Positions 46,148 through 55,789 of a stretch of 64,000 nt of DNA are shown here, in pieces. Numbering within the stretch: position 1 is the first letter of the stretch; every line of letters begins with the position of its first letter. Origin of the DNA: an uncultured Acidobacteriota bacterium (lineage in GTDB: Bacteria > Acidobacteriota > Thermoanaerobaculia > UBA5066 > Gp7-AA6); NCBI GenBank assembly GCA_963764715.1, contig CAVXTP010000014.1, forward strand, positions 181,378 through 245,377. Direction: 5' to 3'. The position numbers and the translations under genes are program-made. The notes beneath the pieces are model-generated. The model did no database searches, was not told where the DNA came from, and saw only the letters and a program-made list of their open reading frames with translations.

Positions 46148-48183
46148 GGCGCGATCGAGACGACCTCGACCGGCCCGTCGGCGAGGTTGACGCGGTCGCC
46201 CGCGCGCGAGCCGATCAGGCGCTGGGCGAACTCCGACTGGTACGAATAGATCGACTCTTCGGGCTTCGAGTCCCAGGGCCCGAGGATGACGACCTCGCGC
46301 TCGGCGCCGCCGTCGGCGCGCAGCCGGACGCGCGTGCCGACGCGGACCTCCGAGACGTCGACGCGCCCGGGGTCGAGCGTCCGCGTCCGGGACAGCTCGT
46401 CGGCGAGCGTCGCGATCCGCGCCGAGAGGTACTCGTGCTTCTGCCGCGCGGCGTGGTATTCGAAGTTCTCGCGCAGGTCCCCGTGCTCCTTGGCCGTCTT
46501 CATGGCCTGGGCGTTCGACGGAAGCTCGACCTGCCTGAGGTGCTGGAGCTCCTGGCGGCGCGCCTCGATCGAGGCGGCGGTCGCGTAGAGGTACTCGCGC
46601 GCCGGCGCGCGAAGCTCCGGGAACTTCATCAGCAGGGCCTCGCGCACGATGGCCCGCCGGTGCTCCTCGAGGCCGGCCACGCGGTCGAGGGCGTGGAGGA
46701 GGTCGCGCGCTTCCTCCTCGGAGGCCGCGAGGCGCACGAGCGCGACGCCCAGGCCGCCCGGCTCGAAGAACTCCTTGAGCCGGGAGCGCAGCCCCGAGAA
46801 CTCGTCCATCCGGAGGGCGTCGGTCAACGCCACGAAGAGCGCGGTCGACTCGGCCCGGCCCTCCGCGTGCATCCGGTCGAGCAGCCACACGAACGCCCGC
46901 GGCGCCGAGCGCGGCGAGCGCAGGATCTTGCGGGAAATGTCGGCGGACCGGTCCCCGAGGGCGGCGAAGAGCGTCGTGAGGAGACGGGCGTCCTCCTCGC
47001 GGCCGATCTGCTCGACGTAGATCTCGGCCCAGTCCGTCCGGGACGCGCGGACGGCCTCGAGGGCCTTCTCCCGGGCCTGGTGATCACGGATCTCGGGCAG
47101 CGCCCGCCGCACGTCCGTGGCCAGCAGGGCCTCGGCGGGAAAGGACTCCGCCAGATCCGGAAGCAGGCGCACGGCCGTCTGGGACAGCTCCCAGGCGAGG
47201 GCCGGATCCGACGCGCCGATCGCTCCGGACTGTTGCGCGAGCCTCTCGGCCATGAAACGCGCCAGGTCCTTCGAGCGCTTCGCGTGCTTGCGCGCGAGGT
47301 CGATCCGCGCCGCGGGGGCCGCCGCCTCGAAGGCCTGCCGGACGCTGTCGTCGGCCGCGCCGGCGCTCTCGCTCCAGGAGACCTTCGCCGACTTGGCGCT
47401 TCCGGCCACCAGCACCTGCTTGTGCTTGCGCGCCGCCGACCAGAAGGCGGTCCACCGCTCCTCCGGCACGATGCCCGAGAGGTGGTCCTTGACCTCCTGC
47501 AGCGTCAGCGCGCCCCCGAAGCTCGCGAGAAGCTGCCGGAGCGTCTCCGCCGGATCCGCGCCGGCGAGCGCCACGAGCGACTGCGGGTCTTCGACCTTCC
47601 GCCGGAGGAAGTGGTCGGGCCCGAGGGGCACGAGCGTCTTCTCTGCCGAAACGAGCGAGAGCGGGATCTTCGCGCCACGGACGTCGAGGCGCATCACGTC
47701 GAGCGCCGGCTTCATCTCGGTCAGCCGGCCGGCGCCCCGGCCGGGCAGGAAGTAGACCTCGTCGGGGTGAAAGCGGAGCCAGCGCGCGATCTTCCCGGCC
47801 GCGTCGGAGGGATCCGTCGCGCCCTCGACCGGGAACTTCGCGGCCACCGCCGGGAACGCGGGGTGGGCGCCGAAGCGCGCCTTCAATGCCGCCGCGAGGT
47901 CCTTGCGGATCTCGGGATCGGTCGGCGACATGCGTGCGATCTCGAGCAGCACGCGGATGCGTGCGTCGTCGGCGGCCGCGTCGTGGTAGTCGGCCAGGAA
48001 GCGCAGCAGCTTGACGGCCGCGGCGCCGCCGCCCTTCTTCTTGACGGCCGCGGCGACGCCGAAGAAGAGCGGCAGGTCGTCCGCGTCCTCCTCCATCCGC
48101 CTGGTCCAGAGTCCCTCGAGGGCGTCGAATTTCTTGGCCTCGATGAGCTCCTGAAACTCCGGCGGCGTCTGCATGGCGGACAT
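46138..48183 (-). CDS. greA: Transcription elongation factor GreA with ~520-aa N-terminal extension
   Basis: C-terminal AKEHGDLRENFEYHAAR with both acidic tip residues, V.VGT.V, ILGPWDS, ISYQS. Confidence 0.85.
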   Translation of the reverse strand: MSAMQTPPEFQELIEAKKFDALEGLWTRRMEEDADDLPLFFGVAAAVKKKGGGAAAVKLLRFLADYHDAAADDARIRVLLEIARMSPTDPEIRKDLAAALKARFGAHPAFPAVAAKFPVEGATDPSDAAGKIARWLRFHPDEVYFLPGRGAGRLTEMKPALDVMRLDVRGAKIPLSLVSAEKTLVPLGPDHFLRRKVEDPQSLVALAGADPAETLRQLLASFGGALTLQEVKDHLSGIVPEERWTAFWSAARKHKQVLVAGSAKSAKVSWSESAGAADDSVRQAFEAAAPAARIDLARKHAKRSKDLARFMAERLAQQSGAIGASDPALAWELSQTAVRLLPDLAESFPAEALLATDVRRALPEIRDHQAREKALEAVRASRTDWAEIYVEQIGREEDARLLTTLFAALGDRSADISRKILRSPRSAPRAFVWLLDRMHAEGRAESTALFVALTDALRMDEFSGLRSRLKEFFEPGGLGVALVRLAASEEEARDLLHALDRVAGLEEHRRAIVREALLMKFPELRAPAREYLYATAASIEARRQELQHLRQVELPSNAQAMKTAKEHGDLRENFEYHAARQKHEYLSARIATLADELSRTRTLDPGRVDVSEVRVGTRVRLRADGGAEREVVILGPWDSKPEESIYSYQSEFAQRLIGSRAGDRVNLADGPVEVVSIAPWA

Positions 48184-48212
48184 GGGCCGTTGATAGTAGC
48201 CTACGGGAGCGA

Positions 48213-48890
48213 ATGGCGCAGACCTGCCTCGTGACGGGTGCGAATCGAGGCATCGGGCTCGAGCTCGCGCGCCAGCTCGCCGCCCGCGGCGACACCGTCG
48301 TCGGCACGGCCCGCGACCCGGAAGCGGCCGTGGAGCTGCGCGGCCTCGGCGCGCGGGTCGAGGAGCTCGACCTCGCGAGCGGGAAGAGCATCGGGAGCCT
48401 CGCCCGCCGGCTCCGGGACCTGCCCATCGACCGGCTCGTCCACAACGCCGCGATCGGCGTGGCCGGCCCCGCCGCGGCCGAAGTCGATCCCGGGGACCTC
48501 GAGACCCACCTGCGGATCAACGCCGTCGGCCCCTTCCGCCTGACCCAGTCGCTGCTCCCGAACCTGCGCGCCGGCGAGGGCAAGCTCGTCGTCGCGATCT
48601 CGAGCGGGCTCGGGTCGATCGCCGAGAACACGACCGGCGGCTGGGCCGCCTACCGCGCCTCGAAGACGGCCCTCCACCAGCTCATGCGCACGTTCGCCGC
48701 CGAGCTCGCCCCCGACGGCCTCGTCTTCGTTGTCCTGTCCCCCGGCTGGGTCCGCACGGACATGGGCGGGCAGGGCGCCCCCCTCTCGCCGGAGCAGAGC
48801 GTCGGGGCGATGCTGAAGGTCATCGACCGCCTCGGGCCGAAGGACTCCGGCAGCTTCTTCAGCGAGCGCGGCCGCCGGATCCCGTGGTGA
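48213..48890 (+). CDS. Short-chain dehydrogenase/reductase (C-factor-like)
   Basis: TGANRGIG, NAA, ISS..GS, YRASK, SPGWVRTDMGG. Confidence 0.9.
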   Translation: MAQTCLVTGANRGIGLELARQLAARGDTVVGTARDPEAAVELRGLGARVEELDLASGKSIGSLARRLRDLPIDRLVHNAAIGVAGPAAAEVDPGDLETHLRINAVGPFRLTQSLLPNLRAGEGKLVVAISSGLGSIAENTTGGWAAYRASKTALHQLMRTFAAELAPDGLVFVVLSPGWVRTDMGGQGAPLSPEQSVGAMLKVIDRLGPKDSGSFFSERGRRIPW

Positions 48891-49994
48891 CTACGAGACG
48901 TCGACCGCGGGCGAGCGGAGGATCTCCGGCCGCGGAGTGATGCCGAGGCCCGGCGAGGTCGAGGCCGCCAGCCGGCCGTTCCGGCGCTGGGGGGCGCCGG
49001 TCGCGGTCGACACCGTGACGTAGCTGTTGAAGTCGGTCGAGGTGAAGAGCAGCTCGGTCGGGGTCGAGTGCGCGAGGTGCGCGATCGCGGCCGTCGCGAC
49101 GTCCCCGCCCCAGGAGTCTTCGATCGTCATCGCGATCCCGAGCGAGGCGAGGAGGTCCCGGGCCTGCCGGGCGCGCGTCAGGCCGCCGAGCTTCCCGATC
49201 TTGATGTTCACGACGTCCATGGCGAGGTCGCCGGCCGCCCGCAGCAGGATGCCGAGGCCGTCGATCGTCTCGTCGAGGACGAAGGGATGGTCGGTCCGCC
49301 GCCGGATCGACAGGCACTCCTCGTACGTCGCGCAGGGCTGCTCGATGTACACGTCGACGTCGCGGACCGCGCGCACGACGCGCGCCGCCTGGTGCGGCAG
49401 CCAGCCGGTGTTGGCGTCGGCGATCAGGACCTCGCCGGGCGCGAGGACCCCGCGGACCGCGCGGATGCGCTCCACGTCGACGTCCGGGTCGCCTCCGACC
49501 TTGAGCTGGAAGCGGCGGTAGCCCTCGGCGCGGTAGCCCGCGACCTTCGCCGCCATCTCCTCCGGGGACTCCTGCGAGATCGCACGGTACAGAACGAAGT
49601 CCTCCCCGTACCGGCCGCCGAGGAGGGACGCCACCGGCAGCCCCGCCGCCTGCCCGAGAATGTCCCAGCAGGCGATGTCGACGCCGGACTTCACGTAGGG
49701 ATGGCCCTTCAGGGCCGCGTCCATCCGGCGGTTGAGGCGCTCGAGCTGCGTCGGGTCCTCGCCGAGGAGGCTCGGCGCGAGCACCGCGAGTCCGGCTCGG
49801 ACTCCTTCGGCGTACGCCGGAAGGTACGCCGGTCCGAGCGGACAGACCTCGCCGTGGCCGACGAGGCCGGTGTCGGTCTCGACCCGCACGAGCGTCGAGT
49901 CGAAGACCCCGACGGACTTGCCGCCCGACCATTTGTAGCTTCCCTCGTGGAGCGGCAGCTCGACCCGGTAGGCCGCAATCCGGCGAATTTTCAT
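48891..49994 (-). CDS. Enolase-superfamily enzyme, cis-3-hydroxy-L-proline dehydratase/HpbD-like
   Basis: YKWSGG, GEVCPLG..YLP, QLKVG, DAN, EQP, DE, NIK, EDSWG. Confidence 0.8.
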   Translation of the reverse strand: MKIRRIAAYRVELPLHEGSYKWSGGKSVGVFDSTLVRVETDTGLVGHGEVCPLGPAYLPAYAEGVRAGLAVLAPSLLGEDPTQLERLNRRMDAALKGHPYVKSGVDIACWDILGQAAGLPVASLLGGRYGEDFVLYRAISQESPEEMAAKVAGYRAEGYRRFQLKVGGDPDVDVERIRAVRGVLAPGEVLIADANTGWLPHQAARVVRAVRDVDVYIEQPCATYEECLSIRRRTDHPFVLDETIDGLGILLRAAGDLAMDVVNIKIGKLGGLTRARQARDLLASLGIAMTIEDSWGGDVATAAIAHLAHSTPTELLFTSTDFNSYVTVSTATGAPQRRNGRLAASTSPGLGITPRPEILRSPAVDVS

Positions 49995-50023
49995 GGCGGT
50001 GAACTCTAACAGGCGGGGTTACC

Positions 50024-50932
50024 ATGAGCGCCGAAATGTCCGCCAAGACGATGCTCTTCGTCGCCCTCGGCGTCGTGGCCGTCGTCTACCTCGTCGCCTG
50101 GGTCCGGCACGTCCGGCAGGGCCGCGGCGACCCGCAACCCGGCACGACGCACCTCGCGATCGGCTTCCTGACCAATTTCTTCGACACGCTCGGGATCGGC
50201 TCCTTCGCTCCGACGACGTCGATGTTCAAGCTGAACGGACTCGTTCCGGACGAGAAGATCCCGGGGACCTTGAACGTCGGCCACGCGCTCCCGACGATCG
50301 TGCAGGCGTTCATCTTCATCGCGATCGTCGAGGTCGACATGACGACCCTGATCGGGATGATCGCGGCTTCGGTCGCCGGCGCGTGGCTCGGCGCCGGCGT
50401 CGTCGCGTCCTGGCCGCGCCGCCGCGTGCAGGTCGGCATGGGCCTGGCGCTCCTCGCCGCCGCCTCCTTCTTCGCGATGACGAACCTCCACCTCTTCCCC
50501 CCGGGCGGCGAGACGCGGGGCCTGACGTCGCCGCTCCTGTGGGTCGGCATCGTCGGCAACTTCGTCCTCGGCGCGCTGATGACCCTCGGGATCGGCCTCT
50601 ACGCCCCGTGCATGATCCTCGTGGCCCTGCTCGGAATGAATCCCCGCGTGGCGTTCCCGATCATGATGGGCTCCTGCGCCTTCCTCATGCCGATCGGGAG
50701 CCTGCGCTTCATCGCGAAGAGCAGCTACAGCCTGAAGGCCGCGGTGGGGCTCGCGGTCGGCGGGGTTCCGGCGGTCCTCTTCGCCGCTTTCCTCGTCAAG
50801 CAGCTTCCGCTCGAGATCCTGCGCTGGCTGGTCTTCGGCGTCGTCGTCTACGCGGCGGTCGCGATGCTGAGGTCGAGCCGGTCGGACGCGTCCGTGCCGG
50901 CCCCGTCGCCCGCGCCGACCGCGACGCCCTAG
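50024..50932 (+). CDS. TauE/SafE-family permease (start may be 50036)
   Basis: NFFDTLGIGSFAP, IPGTLN, GIGLYAP, FPIMMGS; about 9 TM segments. Confidence 0.8.
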   Translation: MSAEMSAKTMLFVALGVVAVVYLVAWVRHVRQGRGDPQPGTTHLAIGFLTNFFDTLGIGSFAPTTSMFKLNGLVPDEKIPGTLNVGHALPTIVQAFIFIAIVEVDMTTLIGMIAASVAGAWLGAGVVASWPRRRVQVGMGLALLAAASFFAMTNLHLFPPGGETRGLTSPLLWVGIVGNFVLGALMTLGIGLYAPCMILVALLGMNPRVAFPIMMGSCAFLMPIGSLRFIAKSSYSLKAAVGLAVGGVPAVLFAAFLVKQLPLEILRWLVFGVVVYAAVAMLRSSRSDASVPAPSPAPTATP

Positions 50933-50979
50933 GCGCGCGAGTTCGAGACGGCTCGGTCTTCTGGATCCGGGCTCCCGTC

Positions 50980-51037
50980 GTAGGGGCGGCCCTTGCGGCC
51001 GCCCGCTCGACCGGGAGGGGGCAAGCCCCTCCCCTAC
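50980..51037. repeat. GTAG-type REP doublet (REPIN), intergenic
   Basis: GTAGGGGCGGCCCTTGCGGCCGCCC (50980-51004) and inverted GGGAGGGGGCAAGCCCCTCCCCTAC (51013-51037). Confidence 0.85.
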
Positions 51038-51058
51038 GACCGGGGCAACGAATCGGTA

Positions 51059-53830
51059 CTACTTCCGGACCGGCCGGCCTTCCGTGTCGACCAGGACGAC
51101 CTCGCCGAGCGTCAGCTCCTTCAGGCCCGGCCCGATCTTCGCGTAATCGCCGACGAGCACGATCGTGGCCTTCTCGGGCCGCGCGTACTTCGCCGCGGCG
51201 GCGTTCGTCTCGGCGAGGCTGGCCTTGACGGTGTCGTCGTACTCGCGCTGGAGCTCCGCCATGGGCAGCCCGCTCGCCCAGAGGTCGGCGACCTGCTCGT
51301 TGATGCGGCCGAGCGTCTCGAACTGCTGGGCGTATCCGCGCACCTTGCGCGACTTGGTGTCGGCGAACTCTTTCTCCGACAGCGGCCGGCCCGTCATGCC
51401 CTTCAGCTCCTTGTCGAACTCGACGACCGCCTCCCTGGTCTTGTTGGTCTGGACCCCGCCGGCCGAGTACCAGATCCCGGCGTCCTCGTAGAGAGCGAGC
51501 GTCGAGAAGACGCCGTACGAGTAGCCCTTGTCTTCGCGCAGGTTCAGGTTGAGCCGCGTTCCGAAGCCCCCGCCGCCGAAGACCGTGTCGGCGAGCGTCA
51601 GCGTGTAGTAGTCGGGGGTCTGCCGCTTCGGGGCCGGGAGGAACTGCGTGACGTAGGTCTGCGCGGCGTCCTGCCGGTCGACGACGTAGACCTTCGCGAC
51701 GGGCGCGGGCGACGGGGCCGGGACGGCGACGGCCGGGGCGGCGCCTCCCGACCACGAGCCGAAATACTTCGTCGCGAACGCCGTCGCCTCGGCGAGCGTC
51801 ACGTCGCCCGAGACGACGAGCGCCGAGGAGCCCGGCTTCCAGTAGTCGGCGTGGAACTTCGCGAGGTCCTCGCGCGTGAGCTTCTCGATCGACGACGGCA
51901 GGCCCTGGACCGGGCGGCCGTACGGGTGGTCCGGCCCGAAGGCGAGAATCGACCGCACCCGGGCGCCGACGGCGTTCGCGTTCTTCTCCTGCTGCGCCAG
52001 CGTGTCGAGGTGACGCTTCTTCTCGCGGTCGAACTCGGAGGCCGGATAGCTGGCGTTCCGGATCACGTCGGCGACGATCGCCATCGCCGGGTCGAGGTTG
52101 CGCTTCAAGGCCTCGAAGGAGACGCGCGCGCTTTCCCGTCCGGCGGCGCCCGTGAGCGCGACGCCGAGGTCGCCGAGCGAGTCCTCGATCTCGAGGGCCT
52201 TCCGGGTGGGCGTCCCCATGTCGAGCTGCGTGACCGTCAGCTGGGCGAGACCCGCCTTCCCCGCCGGGTCCGCTTCGGCGCCCGCGCGGGTCACGAACGT
52301 GACGGCGATCTTGGGCAGCTCCGGCCGCTGGACGACGAAGAGATCCATCCCGTTGGGCAGCTTCGCCGTCTCGACCTTCGGCGCCTGGAAGGGCTTGTCG
52401 ACGCCGGTCGCGGGCTCCTTCGAGCGGTCGACTGCGGCCTCGGAAGCCCGGCCCGACTTCTCCACGCGGAAACGGACGAGGAGGCGGTTCTTCGTGTCGA
52501 GGTAGCGGGCGACCGCCGCCTTCACGCTCGACACAGTGGCGTCGCGGTAGCGCGCCATGTCCCACTCGAGCTTGCCGGGATCGCCGAGCAGCACGTTGTA
52601 CTGGTTGAGCCGGTCGGACTTGCCCCCGAAGCCGCCGATGCCCTCGAGCGCCGTGACGAACGCGAACTCCTGCTTCGTCTTGGCGCGGGCGAGCTCCGCC
52701 GGCGTGGGCCCCGTGCGGGCGAGCGTGGCGAGCTCTTCCGAGACGATCCGCTCGATCTCGGTCAGCGGGACGCCCGGCCGCGCGGTCGCGATGACCGCGA
52801 ACCAGCCCGCGATCTCCGAGGAGTTCTGGAACGCCTGGACGGCCGTGCAGAGCGGCCGATCGTAGACGAGCGCCTTGTTGAGCCGCGAGGAGAGCCCGTC
52901 GGCCAGGATGAGCGAGGCGAGATCGAGGTCCGCGTCGCCCGGAGCGAAGCCCGGCGGCGTCGGCCAGACCATGTAGACGCGGTCCTGCGACACGCGGTCC
53001 GAGGCCTCGACGATCTTCTGGCCCGTCAGGGTCGGGATGTCGAGCGTCGGGCGGTCGAGCGGCGGCCCCGGCGGGATCGGCCCGAAATACTTCTCGACCA
53101 GCCGCTTCGCCTCGGCCGGGTCGAAATCGCCGGCGATGACGAGCGAGAGGTTGTTCGGCGTGTAGTAGGTCTTGAAGAAGTCGGTGACGTCCTCGAGCGA
53201 GGCCGCCGTCAGGTCCTCGTGGCTCCCGATCGTGGGCCAGGAATAGGGATGACCCGCCGGGTAGAGGTTCTCGAGGACGATCTTGTACCAGCGGCCGTAC
53301 GGCGTGTTCTCGAGGCCCTGGCGGCGCTCGTTCTTGACCACGTCGCGCTGGTTGTCGAGCTTCTCCTTGGTCATCGCGTCGGTCAGCGTGGCGAGGCGGT
53401 CCGACTCGACCCACAGGAGTGCTTCGAGGTTCGCGGAGGGGACGGTCGCGAAGTAGTTGGTGCGGTCCTGGTTGGTCGTGCCGTTGACCCCGCCCTCCTG
53501 GAGGTTGGCGCCGAGGGTCTCGACGTACGTGAAGTAGTCCTCCTTCGCGTTGCCCGAGCCCTGGAACATCATGTGCTCGAAGAGGTGCGCGAAGCCCGTG
53601 CGCCCGACCCGCTCGTTCTTGGAGCCGACGTGGAACCACTGGTTCACGTGAACGATCGGGAGCTTCCGGTCGACGTGCAGGATGACCTGCAGGCCGTTCC
53701 CCAGGGTGTACTTCTCGAAGACGATCTTCGGGGCCGCATCGGCCGGGGCCGCGGGCGCCTGGGCGAGGCCATGCGGAGCGAGGGCGACCAGGGCCGAAAG
53801 GGCGAGGGGGGCGCGCAGTCTCAGGTCCAC
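51059..53830 (-). CDS. M16 (pitrilysin-family) zinc protease, secreted
   Basis: HLFEH (HxxEH), NGTT, VVKNERR, HPY, RLN.NLREDKGYSY. Confidence 0.93.
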   Translation of the reverse strand: MDLRLRAPLALSALVALAPHGLAQAPAAPADAAPKIVFEKYTLGNGLQVILHVDRKLPIVHVNQWFHVGSKNERVGRTGFAHLFEHMMFQGSGNAKEDYFTYVETLGANLQEGGVNGTTNQDRTNYFATVPSANLEALLWVESDRLATLTDAMTKEKLDNQRDVVKNERRQGLENTPYGRWYKIVLENLYPAGHPYSWPTIGSHEDLTAASLEDVTDFFKTYYTPNNLSLVIAGDFDPAEAKRLVEKYFGPIPPGPPLDRPTLDIPTLTGQKIVEASDRVSQDRVYMVWPTPPGFAPGDADLDLASLILADGLSSRLNKALVYDRPLCTAVQAFQNSSEIAGWFAVIATARPGVPLTEIERIVSEELATLARTGPTPAELARAKTKQEFAFVTALEGIGGFGGKSDRLNQYNVLLGDPGKLEWDMARYRDATVSSVKAAVARYLDTKNRLLVRFRVEKSGRASEAAVDRSKEPATGVDKPFQAPKVETAKLPNGMDLFVVQRPELPKIAVTFVTRAGAEADPAGKAGLAQLTVTQLDMGTPTRKALEIEDSLGDLGVALTGAAGRESARVSFEALKRNLDPAMAIVADVIRNASYPASEFDREKKRHLDTLAQQEKNANAVGARVRSILAFGPDHPYGRPVQGLPSSIEKLTREDLAKFHADYWKPGSSALVVSGDVTLAEATAFATKYFGSWSGGAAPAVAVPAPSPAPVAKVYVVDRQDAAQTYVTQFLPAPKRQTPDYYTLTLADTVFGGGGFGTRLNLNLREDKGYSYGVFSTLALYEDAGIWYSAGGVQTNKTREAVVEFDKELKGMTGRPLSEKEFADTKSRKVRGYAQQFETLGRINEQVADLWASGLPMAELQREYDDTVKASLAETNAAAAKYARPEKATIVLVGDYAKIGPGLKELTLGEVVLVDTEGRPVRK

Positions 53831-53942
53831 GTTTCTCCTCCGCGTCGGGACGCAGTTCGACCCTCCGAGGGTCGCTCAGGGATACGCAGGAGCCGCCGGC
53901 GGGTTTCACTCCGGCCGGCGGCCCCCGCGAAGGAGAACGGCG

Positions 53943-54932
53943 CTACCGGGAGGCCTGGTGCTTTTCCGCCAGGGCCTTGAGGAACCCGGCCGGGAGAGTC
54001 CCGCGAATCGAGACGCCTTCGCCGTCGCTTTCGATCTGGAACCGGCGGATGACGGAGACGAGCTCGGGCGCCTTGTCCGAGATCGCCAGCCGCCACATCG
54101 CGAGCATGCCCTTGAGCGCGTCCTCGAGCAGCCCCCGGTTCTCGGCGTCCGGAGACAGGCCGGTCGCTGCGAAATCCACGTTCCCGCCCCGCACCGTGGC
54201 CTGGACCGCGATCAGCGAAACCGACTTCATCGCTCCCATCAGGGCATGCGACGGCTCGCCGGCCTTCCCTTCGGTCGCCGGGCCGGGGCGCGCCGAGGGC
54301 ATCCTCGCCAGGTCCACGAGGGCCCAGGCCGAGGCGCTCTGGTCGACCCGCCCGAGATGCCGCCCGAGCCCCTGGCCGGAGGTCAGGCCGCCCTCTCCCC
54401 CGCTCTCGCGCCGCGCGAGCGCCGCGGCGACGGACGCCTCGTGGCCGCAGACGATCAGCGTACGGTTCACGAGCGCCACTGCCCCGCTCTCGCCGCTGCG
54501 GTCGGGGAGCAGGTAGAACTCGCCCGCCGGCGACGACTGGAGCTTCGCTCCGCGCGCCGTGAGCGCCGAGGCGATCCGCGCCAGGTCGAAGCGCCCCTCG
54601 AAGAGCACGAGGCCGGACTCCGGGCCGCCGGCGGACCGCGGGGACATCGCGACGATCACGGTATCGATGTCTTCCCGGGGCGTCAGCCCCGTTTCCTGGA
54701 GGAACCGGGCCGCGTCGTCGTCGCCCGACATGTGGTCGATGTCGGAGAAGACCTTCGCGCCGAGCGGCGTCTGGCGGAGCTCGTTCCAGTGCATGACGCC
54801 CACGGTCGCGGCATCGGCCGGGACGAGGGCCAGCGGATCCTCGGTCCGCCGCACGCCGAAGGCGCCGGCGGCGGGTGCGAGCAGCAGGATCGCGGCGGCC
54901 GCGAAGCGGAGAACCGGTTGCCAGCGTTTCAT
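53943..54932 (-). CDS. Secreted hypothetical protein downstream of the ABC exporter
   Basis: Signal peptide MKRWQPVLRFAAAAILLLA; LALVPADA start of mature domain; starts 2 nt after the permease stop. Confidence 0.7.
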   Translation of the reverse strand: MKRWQPVLRFAAAAILLLAPAAGAFGVRRTEDPLALVPADAATVGVMHWNELRQTPLGAKVFSDIDHMSGDDDAARFLQETGLTPREDIDTVIVAMSPRSAGGPESGLVLFEGRFDLARIASALTARGAKLQSSPAGEFYLLPDRSGESGAVALVNRTLIVCGHEASVAAALARRESGGEGGLTSGQGLGRHLGRVDQSASAWALVDLARMPSARPGPATEGKAGEPSHALMGAMKSVSLIAVQATVRGGNVDFAATGLSPDAENRGLLEDALKGMLAMWRLAISDKAPELVSVIRRFQIESDGEGVSIRGTLPAGFLKALAEKHQASR

Positions 54933-54934
54933 GG

Positions 54935-55789
54935 TCAGAAGTCCTTTCTGGAGAAGAGCCACGAGGCGAGGCCGAGCGCGACGGCCCCGAAGACGGCCGT
55001 CGAGCCGTAGACCGCGAGGTGATTGATGTCGGCGAGGCGCTCGGGCGCCTCCTTGCCCGCGACGAGCGCCACCGCCGCCTGCCCGAGCTGGGCGGTCTTG
55101 GGCAGGATCCAGTACAGCCCGTCGACGACCCGTGCCGCGAATTCCGTCGAGACCGCGGCCGAGATCCGGTCGTGGGCCGCGAGGATCGCGGCGAAGAAGA
55201 AGAGGGCGTAGGTCCCCATGAGCGCCACGCCCGTCGAGGAGGTGATGACCCCCACGAGGAACGCGAACGCCATGAGCGTCGCGATCGTGAAGAGGATGAC
55301 GGCGCCCGAGAGCAGGAAGCGGGGGTGGAAGACGTGCGTCTTCCAGACCACGATCAGCCACATGGAGCCGATGAGGTAGAGCACGTTGGCGCCGGCGAGC
55401 AGCAGGCCGCCCGTATAGCGGGAGAGCAGCAGCGGAACGCGGCCGATCGGCCGGGAGAGGTAGAGGTCGACCGTGCCCTTCTCCTGGAGGCGCGGCACCA
55501 GGTGCGCCGTCGCGAAGAGCGCGAGGAACGTCCCGACGAGGTAGAGGAATCCGGAGAACCCGGACTCGAAGCCGAGCACGATCTTGTCGATCTCGACCTT
55601 CCGGTCCCCCAGGTCGACCGACTGTCCGAAGAGCTTCGCGCCGGCGAGCGCGCCGTCGACGATGTCGAGGTTCACGGCCGCCGCGAAGATCAGGATGAAG
55701 AGTGTCGACAGCGTGAAGTACGCGATCAGCGTCCAGCGGGCGGCCGCCTCGCGGAAGACTTCCTGGACGCTCGCGGCGAAGGCCTTCAT
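54935..55789 (-). CDS. ABC-2-type exporter permease
   Basis: EKGTVDLYLSRPIGR motif, about 6 TM segments, FSRKDF C-terminus. Confidence 0.88.
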   Translation of the reverse strand: MKAFAASVQEVFREAAARWTLIAYFTLSTLFILIFAAAVNLDIVDGALAGAKLFGQSVDLGDRKVEIDKIVLGFESGFSGFLYLVGTFLALFATAHLVPRLQEKGTVDLYLSRPIGRVPLLLSRYTGGLLLAGANVLYLIGSMWLIVVWKTHVFHPRFLLSGAVILFTIATLMAFAFLVGVITSSTGVALMGTYALFFFAAILAAHDRISAAVSTEFAARVVDGLYWILPKTAQLGQAAVALVAGKEAPERLADINHLAVYGSTAVFGAVALGLASWLFSRKDF

